Origin: Psilocybe cubensis
Lineage: Eukaryota
Assembly (NCBI GenBank): GCA_017499595.2
Contig: CM038999.1
Location: 682,001-746,000 of the forward strand
Direction of reading: 5' to 3'
DNA length: 64,000 nucleotides
Shown here in pieces: positions 52,340-64,000 of the stretch (position 1 is the stretch's first letter; every line of letters starts with the position of its first letter). Under the pieces are notes generated by a model. That model was not told where the DNA came from, did not search any database, and worked only from the letters and a program-made list of their open reading frames with translations. Made by a program: the position numbers and the translations under genes.

Positions 52340-53596
52340 TTAGTAATAGCCATATTGACTGGGGAAGAACACCGCCCTCATCGCGTTATTTGCGTGAACT
52401 GCCAGAGCCTGTACAAATATAACGGTGAGTACAATTCGTGAAATAACTGTTACCTGACTTACAAAATTATTTGTTGCCTGTATCTGCAGCATGTGTTCGA
52501 TCATCAGTGACAACAAAAGAAGTGCCGGAACCGAACAGCTTACCATCCCCTGTTGTTGGTGATTCGCGATTGCTGTAGGACGCACATTTTTCAATATGCC
52601 GTTTAAAACGAATAAGAAAAATACGGACCTTGTTTTGATTCCTGTGTTGCAAAAGATGCTTTTAAATCTGCCAGTTGCTGAGCCATAGCATCGGGTAGAT
52701 TCCAATGCATCATAATGGCGTTCGTTTGTGTATTTCGGAACTTGAGAAAGTAGTAGTTGACGTTCCACTGGCACAACGCGGATCCACGTTCGATTGTCCA
52801 TGGCGGCTGGCGGTTGATATAGTCGTCCATGAGCTGGAAAATCATCAATGATCTGAATCTTGACGCGTCTGTGAAATGTGTACCTTTTCCACAGCAGTGT
52901 TTTCTGTCTCGTGGTCTGTGTAGTACGAGAAGCAATTTTTGAACATGAAAATCATGGTGCTGCCTTTGCCGAAGAGGATTCCATCCAGGGCACGGTTGAA
53001 AACATCGGGCCCTCCAACGCTGGCCTCGATCACCCGCAGATTCTTGATGTTCTCGTTCTCGAGGTATGAACTCCTGTCAGGGAGTATTATAATCCTTGTC
53101 TACGGTTGGAAGACTGATTTATACACACCAGGTGCCTCCAGACATAATAGCGCAAAAGTTTTTTTTGTTGGGACCAAATGTGATATATTCGGCGGCAGGC
53201 GTTGCATGCAACTTGCTGATTGCGTCTGGTGTGACCCGTGTATCATATTCCACTAAGAAGATAAAGCCTCCGTCGTCAGATATTTTTGGGTGGTGATAAA
53301 GGGTGATATGTGGGCGCCTGTGCTTGGCAATTTAATTACCTCGACTGCTATAAGCGTCCCTTGCCATAAATGCGCCGTCTGCATCGATGCTACATGAGTA
53401 TGAGAGTCAGATCATGGAGTGGTGCGATCCAATTGAGCAAGTGTTCTCACCTCATCCACTTGATTTGGATTGCAGGCCATTTACTTATGGTCCCTTGTGC
53501 AGACGCCGGCATACCGGGTGCGTAATAACGCATCCCCAGGCCAATATAATAGATGTCGGGTCTGGGACCGAAAGCGATCACTGGAATATCCGACAT
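52340..53596 (-). CDS. Uncharacterised ~270-aa multi-exon protein (paralogue A)
   Basis: Exons with GT-AG introns align with the paralogue at 58244: MSDIPVIAFGPRPDIYYIGLG..GILFGKGSTMIF..YYFLKF..MHWNLP. Confidence 0.75.
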
Positions 53597-54498
53597 TCTC
53601 TGAGAAACGGAGTTCAGGCTGAGGGAGAGGTAAACCTGTCTGGGCAAGTGGATGGGAGAGAGCAGGCTCAGAAGTACTGAGATGACGGCCTCCCGGTTTT
53701 CATATGCGCGGGATGATAGCCATCCTCATAGCGTGAAAAGCTGAAGCCTTCGGCAGAACAGGGAAAGTGACAAGCACAGCTCTCTTCGTGAGGTCGCCCC
53801 CTCTGTCGACCGCCCTTCCGGCACTGGCCTGCCAGAGTACTGTGGGTAAAAATATGTCAACGCCGCTTGGGGAATTCATCATGAATCGAAGAAGCCGATG
53901 AGCTTCATGTGGATTGTACATGATTTGAAAGACCCTTGCACATTTATGGTGTATGTTCGTGTATTGCAATGGTGATTGTTGATATATATATTGACTTGAG
54001 AAGACTTCGAAAGCATCGTAGTGGGATTGTCTGGAGGCACGACCGTAAGTGCAATGACCGCGCCCCGATATAACCGAATAAGTCGGCTCGCTGTTCAGAT
54101 GCGGTTCTGACGCATATGTTCGTTTCTCCTATCAGCCAAAGGGAAGTCGGATCCGGACCAGTGGTCGTTGTCTATCCTCGAGCCGCTTTGCTCGAGGTTC
54201 TGAAAGGAGTTGAAGGTTGCCCCGAGGTTGCCTGCCCTCTGAAGATATAGCTAGTTCACATTGTAGTATTGAAGAGAAAGAGACTTACAATGTCCTATCT
54301 TGTCTTTGAATACAAAGTCAGAGAGGGATCAGGTCAATGTGACTCCTGGAATATCGTACAAGCCCAACTGTGGCGGCGGAGTCAGATCAGGCCACGTGAC
54401 CGACTATAAGCGAAGGGAGGGGCTCGAAGAGCTTGTCCGTGAACCACCACCACCACGATCTTCACATTCTATCGCATTTAGCTTCTATAGTCAATATC

Positions 54499-56684
54499 AT
54501 GGGATCAGACTACGAGTACTCCGACGACGATGGCGAGTATTACGATGATGAAGAGATGTTTGACGGCACGCAAGACGAAGGTCAGCATGTTGTCTAATCT
54601 ATCTCATCTGGTTGCTTTTACCAATGGCATGGACGTAGAGGACTCAGGGGATGATGTAGATATGGACAATTTTGGTGACGACTTCAAAGTAGCGGGTAAG
54701 GGGAAGCGGAAATCATACGAAGTGGACTACGACTCGCTCAGTCAGCAAGCGGTGGAAAAACTCATGCAGCGAGATGTGGATCATATCTGTGGCATCTTTG
54801 GTGTAGATGTGAGTTCCGTATCTAATGTATTGGAAGACTAGTAGACTGAAAGATTTCCAGACTGACACGGCCAATTTGCTCCTGCGCCACATGAAGTGGA
54901 ACAAAGAGCGCCTGATCGAGAAGTTCATGGATAACGCGACATCCGTGCTGGTTGCAGCAGGTGTGGCAGCTCCAGAACCGGCATCTCCACCAGCTCCTGT
55001 GCGTACACATAACAATTCGGCGCCAAATTCATCAACCACTCGCCGGCCTACTACACGTGGCTCAAAGCTTCTATCGCTCGCCTCTGGATCCAAATCAGCC
55101 AAGTCCCCTCCCTCCACGCCGAAGCCAATGCAACGGCAGTTATCAAAGAAGCAAGACGAGCCGTTTGTGTGTCAGATCTGCTTCAACGATGCGCCTGACC
55201 TCCAGACTCTGTCTCTGGGGTGCGACCACGCGTTCTGTACCGAATGCTGGACGGACTACATCGTCTCAAAAATTCGAGACGAAAGCGAGCACTCAATCCG
55301 GTGCATGGCTGAGGGGTGCGCCCTCGTCGCACCTGACTCTTTCATCCGATCCGTACTTCTTCCTGAGACGGGAGCGGATCCGGAAAAGCAGGAATTCAAT
55401 GAGAAGACATGGTCGCGTTTACAAGAGCTCTTTGTGCGCCACTTTGTCGGCTGCAACTCGAGTCTCAAGTTTTGCCCGTACCCTTCGTGCACGAACACGG
55501 TATCGTGTCCGTCTGCGGCCTCAAAGTCGAGTCTGACGACCATAGTACCCACTGTGTCGTGCGGGGCACGTGGGATCGGGAACAGTGCCCAGGACCCGGC
55601 GCAGAGCCAACAGGCTAGCCTGGGGCTTCAGGGGAAAGAGCACAAGTTTTGCTTTGGATGCGATATTGAGAGCGACCACCGGCCGGTCATCTGCGGCGTC
55701 GCGAGAATGTGGCTTAAGAAATGCCGCGACGATAGTGAGACCGCGAACTGGATCAAGAGCAACACGAAGGAATGTTCTGCTTGCCAAAGCACGATCGAGA
55801 AGAACGGCGGTTGCAAGTGCGTAAATCAGTCTAAAAATTGATTATGATACTGATTTCATCTCCCAGCCATATGACGTGCAAGAAATGCAAACACGAATTC
55901 TGCTGGGTTTGCATGGGTCCTTGGAGTGAGCACGGTACTGCATGGTACTCCTGCAATCGCTTCGACGAGAAGACTGGCGTCGACGCTCGCGATGCTCAAA
56001 GCAGGAGTCGCGCGTCGCTCGAACGTTATCTCCACGTGCGTTTCATTTATTCCCTTCGCTCGCTTACATTTCCATTAATTACGTCTTTACCCCAGTACTA
56101 CAATCGCTGGGCGAACCACGAGCAGTCTGCGAAGCTCTCTTTGGATCTCTACGCCAAAACGGAGAAGAAGATGGAAGAGATGCAGATCACTTCCGCGTTG
56201 ACGTGGATCGAGGTGCAGTTTATGAAGAAAGCTGTCGAAGAAGTCGACAAGTGCCGCATGACCCTTAAATGGACGTATGCGATGGCCTACTATCTTGCGA
56301 AAGGCAATGAGAAAGAGTTGTTTGAGGACAACCAGAGGTTTGTATTCATTCGAACTGTATTCAACTTTTGGTCATTAAACGTTACTTTATATGAATAGGG
56401 ATCTAGAGAAGGCGGTAGAAGACCTTTCAGAGCTCCTTGAATCCCAGATCGAGGCTGAACAAATCCCGACGCTGAGGCAGCAAGTCACGAACAAGACAGT
56501 GCGTCATTTCTTACACGAATCACGACTGACTGGCGAAATGCTAACTCATTGTCTTTGAAATCAGGTTTACGTGCAGAAGCGAAACGAGATCGTATTAGAA
56601 GATACCGCCAATGGATTCCTAGAAGGACGATGGAGGTGGAATGTACCTGTACCAGGCTTCGACGATCCTGTCGAGACTGCATAA
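54499..56684 (+). CDS. Ariadne-family RING-IBR-RING E3 ubiquitin ligase (Hel1/ARIH-like)
   Basis: Acidic N-terminus, WNKERLIE, RING1 CQIC..CDHAFC, IBR, TKECSAC..IEKNGGCNHMTC, SLERYLHYYNRW, LKWTY. Confidence 0.93.
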
Positions 56685-58243
56685 TTTTGTCCAGATTCAA
56701 CCTGGACATTCCCATTTGTGGAGTTGTCTCAATCGTCGAGTACAGATCTGTCGGACGACTGCTTCAGAGTGTTTTAGCACCGTTTTTCTTGCATGTCTTT
56801 CTCTCCTATCATCACTATTTCTCGCTTTCATTTCCTGCTCTTCTGCCACTATCACTGTCCTTTCGCTGTTTGCGTTTTTTTGCTAATGTCACTAGTAGAC
56901 CCGGTAACCAAATTTCTGTTTTTAGTTTTAAATTGTAGCTCTCTTGTATTTAGAAAATAACCAAGCTCACTGACTACACAACTTGAGAGGCTGTGAGGAC
57001 ATTGAAGGTTGGAGTTCGTGTGAACAGTCGTTCCCATGGCTACTTGAACTTTGTAAATGCCAACGAAAGCCATGTTCAACGCTTCATCTTAAATTCCGAA
57101 AGTTATTCTCTGTTAAAGACATTGATACAGTCATCTATTTCGAAGAGCGTATTTATATAAACGCATAACTCGGAGTGGTCAACAACGAGACAGCAACTAT
57201 ATTTGAGTCGTAAGGAGATATTGCACAATTAAGCGCCGTATAATACTTATCAACCCCGCTGGATATTCTCTCTGCAAGTACAAACAGAAAACGCACCTTC
57301 TGGGTTGGCTCAAAAACGTTCATCAGTGAGTTAGTAAAACTGTTAAATGAACTTGAATAGCCGCGTTCTCAGGATCATTATCATTGCATCAAGCTCTTGC
57401 AAGACTGGCACTGAACATGTACAGTGATTTGGCCGTTCTGGAACATCATATCAACATACTTGATACCTATAAACAAAAAAAATTGGGCTTTCCAAAGGAA
57501 TTTTCACAGGTTTCTCCGGGACGGCTTCCAGGACCAACAGCTTAAATTGATCTGTCAAAGGTTGACTCTTGAACGATGGGAGCCAAAAAAGCAGGTCAAG
57601 TTCGACGTCGATTGATGCTCCGCACAGCAAATAACGGTAAGAGGACATCAGTAATCCAATGAAAGCATCATTGAGTTGCTCAATGATTAGAAGTGGGGTA
57701 AAATGTGGTCAATACTGGAACGATGATCAAAGGTAGGTGAGAAAAAATGTTGGAAATCGACAAACAGCACTCAAAAGGTCAAGTATATACAATGATTGAT
57801 TTACAGCTGGCTGTACCTTAGTGAAAACTCAACGCATGTCATTGGAGTTTAGAATGATTCAGGTATAGCATAAACGAACATAGGAGGTGGAGCCAACCGA
57901 GTCAACTTGACATTCTTTCCGTTGTTCTATTTTTGGATGGGCAAATCAGTAATCTATTTTTATCGTCAACTACTCCTTCAACATTGACAACGCCGCTTGC
58001 AAACGTCTGTCCTGTGTTTGACTCCGAGCGCGACATGCATAGCACTCGCCAGCTGCGCACATTGCGTTAAATTGTATCACACAACATAGGCTTTAAGAAT
58101 ACGGGCGTTGGAGGAGGGTGGAAACGGTTATAAAATCGTCGTTTCAACCCGACGCGTTGAATTGCTAGCATTCATTCAAGCTCAACGACACAGCACACGT
58201 CTTAATCACCTACACTCTCAGTTCATCCCCCGCTGATAAAATA

Positions 58244-59512
58244 ATGGCAAATGTTCCAGTAATTGCGTTTGGTCCTAATCCGGATATTTATTACATTGGA
58301 CTGGGGCTACGTTATTACATGAGTGGCATGCCAGCGTCTGTACAAAACACGATTCAGAAGTGGCCTGCGATGCAGTTAAAGTGGATGAGGTAGGTATAAT
58401 TCTCTAATTATTCTATAATTGACACACCAATTAATTCTACAATTCTGTCTCTGAAGCATTGATGTTGATGGAGCGTGGGCGGCACGAGATGGAGGTTCCC
58501 TTCGCAGTATGTGCAAATTAATACAAGCATTAATGAAATGGTCGGTCAACTAATAGTACTATGCTGCAGCTGAGTATGATACAACCATTACACAACCTGC
58601 TATAGATAAGATTGTAGCCTTCCCCACCGCTGAATATGTAACCTTTGGAACCACCAAAGATATGTACTGTGCCGTCACACCCGGCAATGGCTGGTGCGTT
58701 GAAATATTCCCTTGCTCGATTCATGCTGTTAGATGGGGAAACAATTCTAATTTTTTAACTCCTATAGGGGTGCGAGCTTGGAAGATGAGCAAATAGATAG
58801 TCTGCAACAGGTTAAGGCCTCCATGGGTGAACAATTGTTCGACCAGACACTCAAAGGCATCGTTTTCGGAAAAGGAATGACAATGATCTTCCTCTTTAGT
58901 GGTTCCTTTAGCTATTACACCGACAGAGAGGCTGAGGGCAGCCAAATGGAGAGTGTATGTCGTCATATCTTTGTATAAAAGTAGGCGCTGATCATCTCTA
59001 CAGCTGCTCAACGAATACATTTACCGCCAGCCATCGTGGACTGTCGAACCCGGCTCAGTTCTGTGCCCATGGAGCATTGACTATTATTTCCTCAAGTTTA
59101 AAAATCCCCAGACCGGGGAGATCAAGATGCATTGGAACCTGCCACCAACCATGGACGCTAATTTAGCCGATCTTCAGGCAACGTTCAATACACCAGAGGC
59201 ACAGCAAGGTACGTCCAAATTTCCCCAGTGTGCTGTCCGTCAAGGTCAGGTCAGGTATACTAATATTTATATTCAAATTTCAATCTACTAGCAATCGCTA
59301 ATCGTCAACAACTCGGACTGGTAAGGATTGCGATCTCGTTAGAGTTGAATTTATTCTCATTATTAAACGGATTTTTTTATTACAGGTTCAGGCTATAAGC
59401 AACTATGTACGTCTACGTTTCAGAGAAGTTAGATAATTTGTCAAAGATGCTGACTTGAATTTAGAATGTGTCGTTATCGGCGGCGAATGCGTTAAGGCAA
59501 ACGTGGTGGTGA
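58244..59512 (+). CDS. Uncharacterised ~265-aa 8-exon protein (paralogue B)
   Basis: Splices in frame from MANVPVIAFGPNPDIYYIGLG to ..NALRQTWW*; intron positions shared with paralogue A. Confidence 0.78.
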
Positions 59513-59738
59513 AACGGCATTTCTCTTCTCTTTCTCTTTAGCCTCGAATGTGCACAATGTAAAACCCGATAGGGCATGCTATTTAATTATTATGTATTGC
59601 TGGAATTGTCGAAAATATTCTATCTCCATTACTTACATTAAAATGACTATTGCTCAGTGCCCTTGCGAGTTCTAGTGCCTGTTGAGAAAATCCGTATAAA
59701 AATAGAACATAAAATCTGTGAGTGGACAAAATAAAAAG

Positions 59739-59856
59739 AACCACAGCACCCAGGATTCCCGCGTGGTCCCCCACCGTGGTACTAACAGGGCGGCACACTG
59801 TTTAACTGCGCAGATCGGACGGGATGCGGTGCTTTCAGTGTCCTATGGCCGTGGAT
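59739..59856 (-). rRNA. 5S rRNA gene, dispersed copy
   Basis: ATCCACGGCCATAGGAC..CATCCCGTCCGATCTGCG..TTAGTACCACGGTGGGGGACCACGCGGGAATCCTGGGTGCTGTGGTT (118 nt); terminal helix pairs; followed by a T-run Pol III terminator. Confidence 0.97.
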
Positions 59857-60051
59857 ATCTGTACAAGTCGGTACCCAACCATATCCCTACATTTTTGACC
59901 TCAATCAGCGCAGGCAGAGAGCGAGAGTTTACAACATATTATAAACTGTATTTCTACCCAACAACAATACAAAGTCAATGAACTCTCAGGAACGTACATT
60001 CCTAATCCTAATCAAGTGAAGAAAAAGAGAAGTATCCTTGTGGGACAACTA

Positions 60052-62403
60052 CTACTGTTTTATCCCAAGGAAAAGCAGACCTCTCCGTGCAAGCTCGACA
60101 GCCTCCTCCAAATCCCTACCCTCACTGGCCGACCATGTCAAGCCAGCTAGGCGCATTTCTTCTGGAGTCTTACCACTCTTGAGTGCGGTGTCGAACGCGT
60201 TCTTGCGAGCGTTCAGAATTGACATCCGGCGAGGGTCTGAATGACCAGTAAATATCACGACAGCAGACCGCGGTGGGAGATTGGCGTGCAGAGTTTTCAG
60301 ATGTTTATTGAGCTGTGTAAGGACAGGCGCGAGTTCAGTTGCTGAAGGAGGTGGGTCGACGGTGGTAGGAGAGGGAAGAGGTCCGTCCGCTGAAGCCTTG
60401 GGCGTTACCCCTGAGATGCAAGTTAGCAATAACAAAATTTGCTTCATTCCAAAAGTACGCACATCCAAGCGCATTGGCCAGTGCCATAAACCGGCCAAAC
60501 ACAAACTGATGAGACGGGATGGCATTCAAAAGGCCCTCCAAAATCTCATCGTCACTCTTGCACCCAATCGCCGTATTCGCCTTCGCGCCATGCATAACCG
60601 ACGGGTTCCCATGGTCCACCACCGCGCTCTTCACCCCACCCACCACGCGGCCGTTCTTCGCAGTCGAACGCGCCATGCGCTCAAAAATGGACTCAAAGTC
60701 GATTTTGAACTCGCCGTATCCAGGCCCGTTCTCCATCTTCTTTTTTAGCAGGTCGAGGCACGCCCGCGCGTCTTCTTCCGGGTCGTGTCCGCCCTCGCCG
60801 CGCGTCTGGATCTCGCGCCCGCACCATTTCTTCGTGAGCCAGGCAAGGCCCGGTTTCAGTGGCCGGCCACGCGGGTGGTGGTAGATGAGTGCGGTGTCGA
60901 TGCAGCGCGGGTGGCAGATTTTGAGGGCTTTCAGGTCAGACTCAAGGGAGTGCCCGAGGAGAATGGGGGTAGGGGGTGGCGGTTCTGTTGTCGTAGACGA
61001 TGAGAACGGGTTGGGGGCAGGTGGGGAGAGGAGACGGAGAACGTGTGCTTGAACTTGGGCCAGTGTTGTTGTCACTGGACCGAGAGCTTCTGCTGTGATA
61101 CCTGACCATCGCGTGAGGTAGTCGGTGATTGGCTTTGTGGGCTTCACCAGCTGGTCGTAGATGACGATGCCGGTGTTATAGTCAATAATACAGACTCTCG
61201 TCAGCTCTTTTCCGTCCTCCGTCAAGCACTATGCATAATATTAGCCAAAAAGACGAAAATAGAACGAACTGAAGAACAACGTACCATCTCGCAATCGATG
61301 GCGTATATCTTTTGCTTCTCCTTATTTTCGTTTCCTGTAGGCTGGGGCGTCTCCATCCACCCCGTCGGTTTCTCAAACACGTCGGCCATATAGGAAGGTA
61401 TAGGATAGTCATTTTCGATCATCTGTTCCAACGTTAGCAGATACTGCGTCGGATCCGTTTTGTTGAGCTCTGCTGGAAACAAACCCCTGCTTTAGCCATG
61501 CAGAACGGACCAATCAATTAACGAGCAACTCACATTGCACTCTCTGCGTAAGCCTCCGCTTCTTTTCCTCGCCGCTAACAGGCCCTGTGAAGAATGTGCT
61601 GAGCACACTATGCATTCGCGTCTGGTCGCCCGGCGCACGTGTTGGGCACGCGTGGCTAAAGGTGGTGGCAATGAAGGGTATACTGGCGGTATCAGCCGTC
61701 GACGGCAGAAGGGGTATTGATAGTGGTAGATTAGGGTTCTGTGTCGCCGAGGTGGGGAGAGGAGGCAGGGAGAGCAATTCAGGGGTGAGTCCTGGCACGA
61801 GCAGTGCGACGACCTTTTGGACCATGTTCGCATTCTGCACCAGTGTTCAACAGCCTAGCCTACACTTTTAATATACGATAGTACTCACATCTATACGTAG
61901 CCAATTTGGTGGTGGTGCATCCGCGATAAGATGCAGCACGAGATCTCTGACATCCTACAAAGTCCGCGTTAACGAGTCTTCCAATTACAATACTTTAATC
62001 CAACTTGGAAAACCCACATCGATGTTAATAGCATGGCTCCGTTTGACAATCTCGTGGTTCGAGTACATGAACCGAGGTTGTGTGGTCTGCTGCAAATGAT
62101 ATGTCGGTAAGTACATGATGTACAGGTACCAACCAGGGAATGCATGGCTTTCCTGGGCTTCGCCTGACCGGTTAAGTTATATAAGGGAAGAATACACACT
62201 TCGACTTTGCCCTCGTTCTTTGACGCCTTTTTCTTCTTTCGTTTCTCCACCTTGGTCCATTCTTCGCCGTTTGCCTGGTCCGCTGCGGTTGGTGGTGGTA
62301 CTGGCGGTGTTGCCTGTGCTGGTTTTCCATTTTCAAGCTTGGCCTTTTTCGTGCTCAGAGACTGCGTTTCGACAGACGCCATCTCGGACTGTCCGCGTTT
62401 CAT
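60052..62403 (-). CDS. DEDDh RNA 3'-5' exonuclease, Rex1/Rnh70-like, multi-exon
   Basis: AIDCEM, ELTRVCIID, DYLTRWSGIT, LGHSLESDLKAL, IDTALIY, HDPEEDARAC. Confidence 0.88.
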
Positions 62404-63006
62404 GGCGGGGCAACGTTGAAACCAAGTCGTTCAGAAGAAATAGCCCCCTGAAAGACTTTCAACGCGACGCAGGGCGCTTAAGAGTTTGTAAAAGAAAGGT
62501 AATCCAAGAAATTTAGAAATTTGAAGAATCCAAGTGTAAGCGGAAGTTGCAGCCAAACAAGCACAACTACATCTATTCGGCGTTGTAACTCAGTGACGAG
62601 CGACGAGTTCAAATTTCGACGGAAGGAATTGATAAAAAGTTGTGTTTTCATTTGTGCTTGAGAGAAGGTTTGATATGGGATACATGGGCGAGAGGAGAGA
62701 ACATATTTGAATGTAATAATGTAAACTATGTACCAATTAAAAAGAGCAAAAGGAGGAAAGCCGTCGTGAATGAAGCATAAAGAGGGCATCACAAACATGA
62801 TCATGAAGGCAAGATAACTTGTTTTTCCGAAACTTGGGAGCCGACAATGCAAGAGGTTAAAAAAAAAACAGAACGAAGAGGTGAGTCCACTTTGGCACAA
62901 AGAAAAAAGGAACCGATAAATGAAACAAGAAGAAAAAGACAGAACGAAATAATAATAATAACGGAGGTTCCAAAAAATGGACACAAAAACGCAGTCGCAA
63001 TTCTGT

Positions 63007-64000
63007 TCAGAGTTCATCTTCAGGATCCCATTTTGAAATCTTATCGAGAGGACGCCAGTAGTACTGTTTGTACTTCTTCGTCTCACTTCGTTTGGCCGGG
63101 CGAGGCATCATAGCTTTGATAAGCGCAGCTCTCTCCTGGTCTTCATCCAGCTCAGGCACATAGAACCATTGAGCTTCCAAAGGTCGATCTGCGTCGTCCT
63201 ATTTGAAAAAGAAAAAACCCAATAAGAACCAAGGCAGTGAAAAAATACGCAAAAAACAACAAACCTTGCCACTGCTCTCAACTTTCCCAAACAAACCTGA
63301 CCCTCTCCCAGCTTCACCACTATGCAGAACACGATCAAAGAGCCTCATCCACTCCTTATCCGACCTCTGGCTTTTCAACGCCGGTTGCGACTTCATAACC
63401 ATCTTAAACAACGTGCTAACCGCCAACGACGAAGCACGCGACATCGCCATCGTCTCAATCAGGAGCCCGCACACCTGCGCATGGAGCGCCGCCGTTTCTG
63501 GGTCCAAAGGCCCCTCCGACGCCGCACCACGCCCAGCTTCGACGTCAGATTCACCTGCGCTGTCGTCTAGGTAGCTAGACGACGCACGGCGTCGACCGGA
63601 GCCACGAGGCGCTTTCCCGGCCCGTCGCCCACTCGAAGAAGAGGCAGAAGGCTCTCCGCCGCTCCGCTTTTTCCTCTTGCCCTTGGTAGCAGCCTCCACC
63701 TCGGACGCAGTATCTTTCTCTGTCGCCTCAGACTCAACCTCGACTTTCCGCTTCACCACCGTCTTTTTCCTGGGCATCTGCTCTGTGGGACCAGCATTCA
63801 CTTTTGAGCTGTCAGAAGCGGGGAGGCTGGTATGGGTGGGAGCGGTCTCGTTCCTGAGTTTTCCGCCAGTCTCGGTCTTCTGCTTCTTCTTGACAGGCTC
63901 TTCAGAACCTTGTTCCTTTTTTCTCTTATCGGCGTGAGCCTTTGTGGCACCAGAATGAGGTAATGAAGAATACGGGCCATCGTTTTCCTTCGACGCATTC
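63007..64000 (-). CDS. C-terminal part of a Tos4/Plm2-like protein (5' end outside window)
   Basis: FGKVESSGK|DDADRPLEAQWFYVPELDEDQERAA..RSETKKYKQYYWRP resembles the Tos4/Plm2 C-terminal motif. Confidence 0.55.

Noticed and set aside
53570-53596. MSDIP start resembling MSDIN cyclic-peptide precursors
   Set aside because: No ATRLP leader or follower; it begins a ~270-aa multi-exon protein whose paralogue starts MANVP
62478-63086. Phe-rich ORFs here and at 5938-7067 and 56549-56938
   Set aside because: Translations of T/A-rich 3' UTR sequence

Overview
Intron-rich fungal genomic DNA, most likely an agaricomycete basidiomycete, judging from short GT-AG introns, DUF6535/DUF6699/F-box-LRR families, CBM1 esterases and a basidiomycete-type 5S rRNA. 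Host genes: NOG1 GTPase, aminopeptidase P, an MFS sugar porter, Use1 SNARE, an MBOAT acyltransferase, Ohr, a siderophore-type acyltransferase, NKAP-like, two CE1-CBM1 esterases, an Ariadne RBR ligase, a Rex1-like exonuclease and a Tos4/Plm2-like fragment. The main feature is a complete 5.8-kb DNA transposon (10578-16408) with a perfect 9-bp TSD. It encodes a DUF6589-type transposase and a convergent RecQ-like helicase (AcademH architecture). Its two ends match each other only patchily, but each folds on itself, with covarying bases. Also present: three ~1.1-kb non-autonomous TATGG..CCATA elements with 6-bp TSDs (one a composite mobilised with a borrowed end), a CACTG foldback MITE, four F-box genes (three apparently broken), a dispersed 5S gene, SreA-type GATA boxes, and two paralogues of an unrecognised protein family. 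Family assignments come from motif recognition, not database searches.
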